DNA of 18,251 bases, from positions 1 through 18,251 of the forward strand of contig NW_021824607.1 in assembly GCF_006345805.1 (NCBI RefSeq), given 5' to 3'. The notes below the pieces were generated by a model. That model saw only the letters and a list, made by a program, of their open reading frames with translations. It did not search any database and was not told the DNA's origin. The DNA comes from Octopus sinensis. Lineage: Eukaryota. Positions 8,704 through 18,070 of the stretch are shown here, one piece after another; positions within the stretch are counted from its first letter, which is position 1, and each line of letters starts with the position of its first letter. A program made the position numbers and the translations under genes.

Positions 8704-10302
8704 TTCCGGTTAACCAGAACGCAACACTAGTTAGTCTGGACTGTGTTACAGGGAGAAGATGTGAGTTTCGGCTCCGTGAATAGAAAAAAAAAACAAAAAG
8801 AAAAATTGTCAATCATGGCTCGCTATAGCGAGCAAAATACTGGGTTCTCATCACCATAACGGTGAATTGAGAATTTTTGCTTGAAAATTCTTTTTGTAAA
8901 TTCTAGTGAGCGTATCTCGCCAGAAAAATAAGAATAAGCCATTTGGATTACCTTTTGGAGTATTATACAAAGGATTCCCTGTCTGTGCTATTTGTGAGGT
9001 TTTTCTTTTACTTTTCCCTTCAATTTTTTCTTTCTTTCTCAATTTTGGTTCATTCTTTTCATTACTTTAATTTCAGTTTTCTCCCCTCCTCTTTTATTTT
9101 GTTCGGTTTAATTTTTTGGCAGACTGTCTTTTGAACTGCTTTTGAACTGTTTTTAGACACGGTAAAGAAGGAACTTAAAAATAAAAACTCTGTCCTAGAG
9201 TGGGAAATTAACCCGCCTAAGCAGTGGTTAAAAGATATGGGGGCGATCTGGTTTTTCCAGATTTCTTGAAAATGGCTGGCTGCAGGTATCCGGTGATATT
9301 TGAGGGACGTCCCCCCAAGTGTCACTCGTGTCTGCAGCCAGGCCACATTAAAAGGAACTGCCCCCAGGACCATGGTGAGGTCCTGGAACAGTCACTAGAT
9401 GCCACCTCCCGTACCCGGTCAAAGGGAGAGGTGGATGTGGTCGAGGAGGCTTCAGCCTCCTCAACTCAAAAAGGATTAAAAAGGAAGAAGGCGGGCAACA
9501 ACAGTTGCCCGCCTAAGGAACCTAAGGCTTCAGGAGGCGGGGGAGAGTCTCCGGACAAAGCGTAAGAGCTCCATTCTCCCTAAGTCAGAAAGAAAAGAAA
9601 AAAAAAGGAAGAGGAACGGGTCATCTCAGTGGGGAGATGATGTGCCGTCTGCATGTCCCGAAGTTGTGTCACCCACAGTGGGTGAAACCACCCCCATCCT
9701 TAAAGATGATCAATTAATTATAGAAGAACATAAAGAGACAGTAGATATGCCCTTCACACGGGATCCCGAATGGCCTCCGCAGATAGCTGTGGAGGTCATA
9801 AGGTTTCCCTTGTGGGAAAGGCTTAAAGGATTTGGGGAGGAGTGTCGCATATGGCCGGGTGGTCCTTACACGACTTACATGTCCTACATGAGTGAGGCAT
9901 GGGAAATGGCGGGATACAGGAACTCAAGCGGCATTGAAGATAATGATGAATATATCGATGGATATATCGAAGAGTAGGAGGTGAAAGACCCTCGTTATAG
10001 GGTTTGAAACCTCATCTTATTGTATTTTTTGTAGTGGTTTATCACCTCAATTGTGTGTTTTTTTAAAAAACAAAGAACATGTTAAGTAAGAGGTTTTAGT
10101 GCCTCCTTCTTGTAAGAGGTTTGAAACCTCATATTGGTTTTTAAAAAAGGAAAATATGTTTTCGAGAACGATCCAATCGGCGGGTGTTGTGTTTCGTCTC
10201 TCATTTATTCATTCTATTTCATTTTCATTCATTAATGTGTTTGTCCAGCCCGCAAAGCTACACACTCTTTGTACTCTCTATGATGACAAATTTTATGAAA
10301 TA
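8704..10302 (+). mobile_element. 1.6-kb non-autonomous L1/Tx1-like retroelement with ORF1 remnant only
   Basis: Exact 15-bp TSD AAGTAGCTTAGTTAC at 8689-8703 and 10303-10317. The 5' junction reads (AC)TTCCGG. It encodes a CCHC knuckle and ends in AATAAA (10299-10304). No RT or endonuclease in the ORF track. Confidence 0.85.
9224..9977 (+). pseudogene. ORF1/Gag-like zinc-knuckle protein, split by one frameshift
   Basis: FPDFLKMAGCRYPVIFEGRPPKCHSCLQPGHIKRNCP contains C-X2-C-X4-H-X4-C in an L1/Tx1 ORF1-like context. The frame of 9642..9977 is open back to 9480 and overlaps 9224..9565. Confidence 0.75.
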
Positions 10303-10453
10303 AAGTAGCTTAGTTACGAACCACATGGTTCCGGGTTCAGTCCCACTGCGTGGCACCTTGGGCAAGTGTCTTCTACTATATCCTCGGGCCGACCAAAGCC
10401 TTGTGAGTGGATTTGGTAGACGAAAACTGAAATAAACCCGTCGTATATATATG

Positions 10454-10486
<33 letters not shown>

Positions 10487-10706
10487 TTGCATGTCTGCGT
10501 TTGTCACCCCCTCCCCCAACATCGCTTGACAACCAATGCTGGTGTGTTTACGTCCCTGTAACTTAGCGGTTCGGCAAAAGAGAACGATAGAATAAGTACT
10601 AGGCTTACAAAGAATAAGTCCTGGAGTCGATTTGCTCGACTAAAGGCGGTGCTCCAGCATGGCCACAGTCAAATGACTGAATCAAGTACAAGAGAAAAAA
10701 AGAGTA
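10303..10706 (+). mobile_element. SINE family C, remainder after the insertion
   Basis: B-box-like GGTTCAGTCCC, ACCTTGGGCAAGTGTC (CORE-like, from recall), internal (TA)n(TG)n; colinear with 12529-12896. Confidence 0.92.
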
Positions 10707-11072
10707 ACCACTAATTGTAAAAAAACAATTTTTGAGGTCGGTAGAAGAAAATACAACGTGGAGTTAAAAAAACGAAGCGATTTGACAGAGAAGACGTTAA
10801 CAAAACGCATCTTAATGAAAATTTCTCTAAAACGGGCTCCTAGGGCACTTATGAAAAACCCCACAAAACCAGGGAGGGCCCCGATCACATAGGCAAGGGC
10901 CCCTCCCTTCGTCGTCTATAGGCGAATGCTTAGAATAGGCCTGTCCACTGGAACCATTCTTGCTACATTCACTACACTGCTGCTGCAGCTGCACCACCTC
11001 CTTCTCCTCCCCCCACTTCCTCCTCCATACATAAATAAATAAATAAATAAATACATAAATAAATACATACAT

Positions 11073-11454
11073 GGAAGCACTCCGTCGGTTACGACGACGA
11101 GAGTTCCGGTTGATCCGATCAACGGAACAGCCTGCTCGTGAAATTAACGTGTAAGTGGCTGAGCACTCCACAGACACGTGTACCCTTAACGTAGTTCTCG
11201 GGGATATTCAGCGTGACACAGAGAGTGATAAGGCTGGCCCTTTGAAATACAGTTACAACAGAAACAGGAAGAAAGAGTGAGAGAAAGTTGTGGTGAAAGA
11301 GTACAGCAGGGATCACCACCATCCCTGCCGGAGCCTCGTGGAGCTTTAGGTGTTTTCGCTCAATAAACACTCAGAACGCCCGGTCTTGGAATCGAAACCG
11401 CGATCCTACGACCGCGAGTCCGCTGCCCTAACCACTGGGCCATTGCGCCTCCAC
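11073..11454 (-). mobile_element. Full-length young SINE family B
   Basis: Highly similar to 6900-7288. Probable TSD TAAATACATACAT at 11060-11072 and 11455-11467, partly ambiguous inside the microsatellite. Confidence 0.92.
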
Positions 11455-11510
11455 TAAATACATACATACATACATATACACACATACACATACATACATG
11501 CATACAAAAT

Positions 11511-11611
11511 TACCTTGTTGCTGGTGTTGAAATTCCAATGAAGGAGCTTTGAATCTAGGTTAGAAACTGACCCTTTCCCTATAGGCAAGAAATTTTGAAA
11601 TAAACAGAATA
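11511..11611 (+). mobile_element. Possible short retroposon 3' end fragment
   Basis: Non-microsatellite island ending in GAAATAAAC between simple repeats. It resembles an octopus repeat tail from recall only; no second copy in the window. Confidence 0.3.
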
Positions 11612-11724
11612 TAGATATATCATATATACATACATATAAATATATGTATATCTATAAATGTTCTAAAATCTACACAGCCTTGATATGTTTTTTATCTCAT
11701 TACGAAAAAAAATTTAAGTATATA

Positions 11725-11767
<43 letters not shown>

Positions 11768-11772
11768 AATAT

Positions 11773-11805
<33 letters not shown>

Positions 11806-11839
11806 TTACATTTACACTTTCGCTACTTTGACGCAAATA

Positions 11840-11878
<39 letters not shown>

Positions 11879-11888
11879 AGGTATATTT

Positions 11889-12150
11889 GCCATCTCAATA
11901 TGGCTAACCACTAAGGGTGGTAGTTACTGTAGCTTGTAGCCCCAGGGGAACATCTCCTCCAGCTGGCTATAGGCACACTTTCTGTGCCCTATCGGCATTT
12001 GCAAAGAGAGGGCATCCTTCCCTCGTCAACCTAAGTGACTCGCACGGACTGCAGTTTCTGGGTATTGACCCGTCATCAGCGCACGACAATCACCGGTTTT
12101 CGATGAAAGGAGTCCCAATGCAAATATTTATATCCTTTTTCCAGTAACTT
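11889..12150. other. GC-richer, hairpin-dense island, probably a TE fragment
   Basis: At least five short stems in 11889-12024; embedded between (TA)n/(TG)n tracts; family unassigned. Confidence 0.35.
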
Positions 12151-12493
12151 TTCGTCACTGATCTTATATACATATATATATATATATATATACGTATACA
12201 TATATATATATATACATATATGTGTGTGTTTGTGTGTGTATGGGTACGTTGCCTATATTTTACTGCACATGCTCAACGTTATTAGGTGCCCAATTCTGTG
12301 TGTTTGTTGTTTTGTTGTTCTTAGATAACGAGAGCCACTAAGATTTTCTGAATATACGTGGGGTAAGCTCTCAGACTTCTGCACACACACACACACACAC
12401 AAACACACACACGCACAAACATACACACACTGCTCTTATTCTCTTGATAGGCACACGTACACACACGCATGTATATATATATATGTATAAATA

Positions 12494-12896
12494 TAGGAGT
12501 GGCTGTGTGGTAAGTAGCTTGCTAACCAACCACATGGTTCCGGGTTCAGTCCCACTGCGTGGCATCTTGGGCAAGTGTCTTCTGCTATAACCCCGGGCCG
12601 ATCAATGCCTCGTGAGTGGATTTGGTAGACGGAAACTGAAAGAAGCCTGTCGTATATATGTATATATATATATGCGTGTGTATGTTTGTGTATCTGTGTT
12701 TGTCCCCCTAGCATTGCTTGACAACCGATGCTGGTGTGTTTACGTCCCCGTCACTTAGCGGTTCGGCAAAAGAGACCGATAGAATAAGTACTGGGCTTAC
12801 AAAGAATGAGTCCCGGGGTCGATTTTCTCGACTAAAGGTGGTGCTCCAGCATGGCCGCAGTCACATGACTGAACCAAGTAAAAGAGTAAAAAGAGT
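12494..12896 (+). mobile_element. Full-length SINE family C
   Basis: Head TGGCTGTGTGG...GGTTCAGTCCC, internal (TA)n(TG)n, tail AAGTAAAAGAGTAAAAAGAGTA; colinear with 8667-8703 plus 10318-10706. Confidence 0.92.
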
Positions 12897-12944
12897 ATAT
12901 ATGTATGTATGTATGTATGTATATATATACTCACACACATATAC

Positions 12945-13005
<61 letters not shown>

Positions 13006-13205
13006 TCTACACACACGCACACACCAGCACCCGCACCAGCACAGACACATACACACACACACATACACACGCACACATACATATATATACATTCCTGACT
13101 ATTGATTATGTCATTGATTTAGATGTAATAGTCTCTCATTATCGATCAAAGATAGCTATCTGAACACATCATTGCACTCACACACACACACACACACACA
13201 CAGAC
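12897..13205. repeat. Compound (TATG)n / (TA)n / (CA)n
   Basis: Read directly; a short unique spacer lies at about 13095-13175. Confidence 0.85.
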
Positions 13206-13419
13206 ACGCCCGCACAGACATTCTACATATTGCCTATATTGACTTCCGTAAATTGTTTTCACGCTGACATTCAGGAACGTTGACGCAGCAAACTCCGCTC
13301 TCGAGTTTGTCGCAGCCTCTGACGAAAACTTTGGTACGACAGACTGACATTGGAGATTTGCGTATCGAAAACATCGGCTTGTATTACACAGATGTATCGA
13401 AAGCCACACGATACATACA

Positions 13420-13847
13420 TCATCATCATTGTTCGACCGTGGTCGAGACAATGGAATTTATTATGTTACGCCAGACTTCACGGTCCATCATAGCATTACG
13501 GAGGTCCTGTTGCTGGATGCCTGTATCCCTGGAGATTACATCAGGGTAAGAGAGTGTGCGCCCTCTGGTATCGCGAGCAGATGGCTTCCAGAGGAGTCCA
13601 AGATTGAATATGTAAATAAGTGCCTGTCCAGCAGTGATTGCATCATCCATACTCTCAACAATACGCTCTTAAATATGGTTTTTGATTACAAATATCTTGG
13701 GTCATACATATCATCATCTGAAAAAGATTTTCTGACTAGAAAGGGTATGGCCTGGTCAGCCTGTTATGATAGGCATAAGATCTGGTCATCAAATCTAAGT
13801 AGAGATTTCAAACTTAAAATCTTCAAAGCCACAGTCGAACCAATTCT
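13420..13847 (-). mobile_element. Truncated RTE-clade LINE with inverted 5' segment
   Basis: Minus 13596-13426: LLWKPSARDTRGRTLSYPDVISRDTGIQQQDLRNAMMDREVWRNIINSIVSTTVEQ* plus (TGA)n tail. Plus 13594-13849: ESKIEY...VFDYKYLGSYISSSEKDFLTRKGMAWSAC...KIWSSNLSRDFKLKIFKATVEPIL. TSD ACGATA(C/T)ATACA at 13408-13419 and 13848-13859. Confidence 0.85.
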
Positions 13848-13873
13848 ACGATATATACAATAATACATACAAA

Positions 13874-14046
13874 GTGAGAGAAAATTGGGGCGAAAGAGTC
13901 AGCAGAAGTTCGCTATTACCTTCTGCCGGAGCCGCGTGGAGCATAGGTGTTTCGCTCATAAACACACACATCACCCGGTCAGAGATTCGAACCTGCGATC
14001 CGTCGACCGCGAGTTCGCTGCTCTAACTACTAGGACATGTGGCTCC
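13874..14046 (-). mobile_element. Old SINE family B 5' half
   Basis: CTGCCGGAGCCGCGTGGAGC..AGGTGTTTCGCTCA..AAACAC...GACCGCGAGTTCGCTGCTCTAACTACTAGG is colinear with 7110-7285. Confidence 0.75.
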
Positions 14047-14095
14047 AAATGTAATGTAGTCCCCAGCAACGAAACCGTTGTTGTTTATGGCAATG

Positions 14096-14190
14096 TATTC
14101 ATTCATACATACATACATACATACATACACACATACATACATACATACATACACACATACATACACACATACATACACACATACATATAT
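14096..14190. repeat. (CATA)n
   Basis: Read directly. Confidence 0.9.
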
Positions 14191-14223
14191 AGTTACATAT
14201 ATTTGTATAAAAAATTGAAGTGA

Positions 14224-14623
14224 GGAGATATGGCTGTGTGGTAAGAACTATGTTTCCCAACTACATGATTCCGGGTTCAGTCCCACTGCGTGGTAACTTG
14301 GGCGAGTTTCTTCTACTGAGCCTCGGGTCGACGAAGGCCTTGTGGGTGTATTTGGTAGACGGAAACTAAAAGAAGCCAATTTTATATGTATATATTTATG
14401 TGTGTGTGTGTGTGTGTGTGTGTTTGTGCGTGTATTTGTCCCCCACCAGCAATTAACAGCCGATGTTGGTGAACTACCTCCCCGGAACTTAGCGATTCGG
14501 AAAAAGAGAACGATAGAGTACATGCTTTACAATAAAAAAAAAACATTCATTCGGCTAAAAACTCTTAAGGGCGGTGCCCCAGTATGGCTACAGTGTGGTA
14601 ACTGAAATAAATAAAAGATAAAA
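14224..14623 (+). mobile_element. Diverged full-length SINE family C
   Basis: TGGCTGTGTGGTAAG...CCGGGTTCAGTCCCACTGCGTGG...GGTAGACGGAAACT...(TG)n...CTTAGCGATTCGG...GGCGGTGCCCCAGTATGG. Confidence 0.85.
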
Positions 14624-15249
14624 GCCAAGAGACTTTCACAGGATTTGAACATCTTAAGAGCTCTATTTTATCTTATTTATTGAAATATTTCGTTATACAA
14701 TATATCAAAAAGTTTCTGAACGATTTAACCTATATGCAGTATTCACCTCCTCTCACACTCCATGAAGATCGTAATTATTTTCACAGCTACTTAACCGCAA
14801 GGCAGACAGACCATTCCGATATTGTCCACTACACAATATATACTTATTCGTATAGCTATATTTATACGCGTGTGGGTTTATGAGACAATTCAGTAAGTTA
14901 TATAACTGTTATGAAAGCTATTCTGTTTTCATACTCTCAGAGATATGATGTCCAAACTTGGTGAATGTGTTTCAAAGAATCTGTTGTAAATGGAGTTTTC
15001 ACCAACATTGTTATCCAATTGTGTAAGAATTAAAGAGGAAAACCTATAGAAGAGCTTCTAGCGATACAGTTACGTTGCCGCATATACAATAAGGCTGTGA
15101 GTTTAGTTGATACCAGCGTGGGCAGCGAAGACAAAGAGATATGTGTGTGTATGTATGTATGTATTATGTAGGTAGGTAGGCAAGAACGGGTGTATGTATA
15201 CATATAGATATATACGTGTCTGGGAGGATGCAAGTACATCACATTGTAT

Positions 15250-15760
15250 AGTTACACACACACACAAACACACAGACGCGCACACATACATATATATGCA
15301 TTTATAATTGCTGTATATATGTACATATATAGATATTTATGTAAATAGGCATATGAATGTGTATATATATATATATATATATATAAATATACATATATAT
15401 ATTTATATATTCATATACCTATTAATATATACAAGAAAAAGTATCATATATATGTAAATATATATGCATTAATGTATATGTCAATGGTCATATATGTATG
15501 TATATACAGACATATATATGTATATACATATGCATGTAGGTATATAGGTGTGTGCCTATATAAGGTATACATACGTGTGTGTATGTGCATATATATATAC
15601 ATATATAATATATATATATATATATTATATATATATATATTTATACATACACACACATATATATATATGTATATATACATATATATAAATGTGTGCGTGT
15701 GTATACATGTATACTTACATAGACGCGCATAGGCACACATACATATATATTTATGTATCA
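15250..15760. repeat. Degenerate (TA)n / (CA)n / (TG)n field
   Basis: Read directly. Confidence 0.85.
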
Positions 15761-15964
15761 GACTAAGATAAAATATCAATAGACGTAATACGGTGCAGTC
15801 AATATAAAGGGGAATATTGAAATTTCTTTAAACACTCTGTTACGTTACGACGAGCCATTTAGCGAAAACCATTTTATTTGGCCTTTGTTCCGACTTTCAA
15901 TTCTCACAAACTAAATATATCTGACTATCGGTCCGGTTTCAATTCATAAGCTTTTATATTAGTA

Positions 15965-16745
15965 TATACCTATGTATGGGTTTATGTACGTATGTATGTA
16001 CATAAATATATATATATGTATTTATAAATATAGGCATGTGTTTATGAATGTACGATTGTACGTAAGTTGTATGTATGCTATGTGTGTGTGTGGATATATA
16101 TATATATGTATATATGTGTATATATATGTATATATGTGTATATATGTATTTATATGTATATATATGTATATAGGTGTATATATGGTATATATATATGTAT
16201 ATATATATAATGTATATATATGTATATATATATATGTATATATGTACATATATGTATATATATGTATATATGTATGTATATATGTATATATATGTATATA
16301 TATGTATGTATATATGTATATATATGTATGTATATATGTATATATATGTATATATATATATGTATGTATATGTATGTATATGTATATATGTATATATATG
16401 TATATATGTATATATATGTATATATATATAAGTGTATATATGTATATATGTGTATATATGTATATATATATATATGCATATATGGATGCTTGCTGGTATG
16501 TACGAATGTATATGAAATATATATTTATTTTATATATATATATGTATGTATTTAGGAAGCTATTTGCGAATGTACCTGCATACATCCGTGACCTCCTCAC
16601 CGATACTTTCCGTCTTCCTGTGTGCTCTTGCTCTGCTTATTGCATTCTGTATATATTTACGACGATACGCATATTTGCTAAGTACACAGACAAATATATG
16701 CATGACACACACATATGTGTGTGTGTGTGTGTGTGTGTGTGTTAG
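15965..16745. repeat. Long degenerate TATATATG-type array and terminal (TG)n
   Basis: Read directly; short unique island at about 16555-16700. Confidence 0.85.
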
Positions 16746-17206
16746 TATATGATTAATGAGAGAATGGAAGAGGGAAGATACGAGAATCTTTATTGGTCAC
16801 TACAATTGTTTTGACCCATCTAGGACTGATCCCTCGCGGCTGAGCTACAAGGCTTATGTAACGAAAGAGATAAAAAGACAATAGCGATATTTCTTTGGGA
16901 ATTTTTAAAGGGAACGTTTCGGAAAGAGATCTTTACCAGCGAAAACATGGAAGAAAAGAAATAAATGAAGGACGGCAGACGTGTACATAATCTAATGTAA
17001 AAAGATAAAAAGTAAAAAATGGCTTCAACTTCTGTGCGACACAAGAGTACCAGTGCTTTTGTACGTGATTCTGAAGTGATGGGAGAAACAATGGGAGAAG
17101 GAAGAAGGAAAGAAGGAAAGAATAAAGAAATGAGGAAACGCAAACAATGTGTAAAGAGAGGTGAAAGGAAAAGCATAAGAGAGAAGGGAGCTGAATGTAA
17201 AAAAAT

Positions 17207-17851
17207 GAATCTTTTCGGTTTGAACGGCAGTTTTTTCTAGCGGTGTCATATGAAATTGTTACCCATAATTATGACCCTAGTATCGATCTATTGCATTTCA
17301 ATCTGTTTTAGGGTTAGGGGTGGGGGTGGGGAGCAGGTATCTTTTTTTCTACGTAAATGTAAATAAACCCAATCTGTTTCTTAAACGAGGGACATATTCA
17401 TACGGCACAGAATGTTTTTTTTACCGCAATAGGCGTCAGTGATTGGTTGAAATTGCGGAAATTGAAGAAGAAAAAACAACAAATATCTTACAAACTATAG
17501 AATTTTCTCAATAAAGTCAAGAGAAAAATATGTTTTATAAACACATTCTACCAGTATACGAAGTTCAAAATTTTTTAGTTACTTAGAAATTATGGGATCA
17601 TTTCCTTTTGAACGGCAGATGTCAACACAATTTCTAGTTCACTAGAATGCTCGATTTTATAGTGGAAATATGTTACAAACTACAGAATTTTCTCAATAAA
17701 CCCCCCCCCAAAAATGATGTTTTATAAACACATTCTACCAGTATAAGAAGTTTAAAAGTGTTTAGTTAACTAGAAATTTTGTTGACATCTGCCGTTCAAA
17801 AGGAAAAGATCCAAATTATGTTAAAAACTGCCGTTCAAACCGAAAAGATCC
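17207..17851. mobile_element. Non-autonomous TIR DNA transposon (outer element)
   Basis: 29-bp TIRs at 17207-17235 and 17823-17851 (28/29 match, GGATCTTTTCGGTTTGAACGGCAGTTTTT). Flanks AAAAAAAT (17199-17206) and AAGAAAAT (17852-17859) form a 7/8 TSD. No transposase ORF. Confidence 0.85.
17595..17812. mobile_element. Nested 218-bp MITE of a related family
   Basis: 45-bp TIRs at 17595-17639 and 17768-17812 (43/45 match). Perfect 8-bp TSD AAATTATG at 17587-17594 and 17813-17820. Confidence 0.92.
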
Positions 17852-18070
17852 AAGAAAATATTTAACGAACTAAGAGGACGGCTAAGTACAGAAGGTAAGA
17901 AACGCTCATTTGAAATTATTGGTGACATTTTGCTACGATTGAATATGAAACGCTGCTCTCCCCGTTTCCTATAAGAACATGGTCAGGAATTAAAATATGG
18001 AACCGATATTGAAATTAAAGTGTCATTAAACGGCAGCATGTATTTATACTCTGGTTAGTGGTTAGGGTGT

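Noticed and set aside
8995-9156. Intron within the 1.6-kb element (GTGAGG…polypyrimidine…AG)
   Set aside because: Splicing to either AG (9122 or 9156) from the upstream open frame meets a stop within four codons; more likely a U-rich UTR or degraded ORF1.
10871-10908. GC-rich hairpin AGGGAGGGCCC / GGGCCCCTCCCT
   Set aside because: Isolated, imperfect, and without TSD or second copy.
11936-11995. HDV-like ribozyme (G-U-closed P1 and a P4-like hairpin)
   Set aside because: No consistent P2, P3 or P1.1 could be built.
13275-13333. Possible coding exon NVDAANSALEFVAASDENF
   Set aside because: Only moderate splice signals, no recognisable homology and no partner exons.
14787-14892. Possible exon between TTTTCACAG and GTAAGT
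   Set aside because: Stops in all three frames and no other support.
15972-16752. Long Y/I/M/V-rich ORFs
   Set aside because: Degenerate TA/TG array.
16913-16940. Second hammerhead on the minus strand (…CCGAAACGTT)
   Set aside because: The core reads CTGGTAA rather than CTGANGA, and stem II is unconvincing.
17308-17319. Telomeric array
   Set aside because: Only two TTAGGG units, internal to a MITE.
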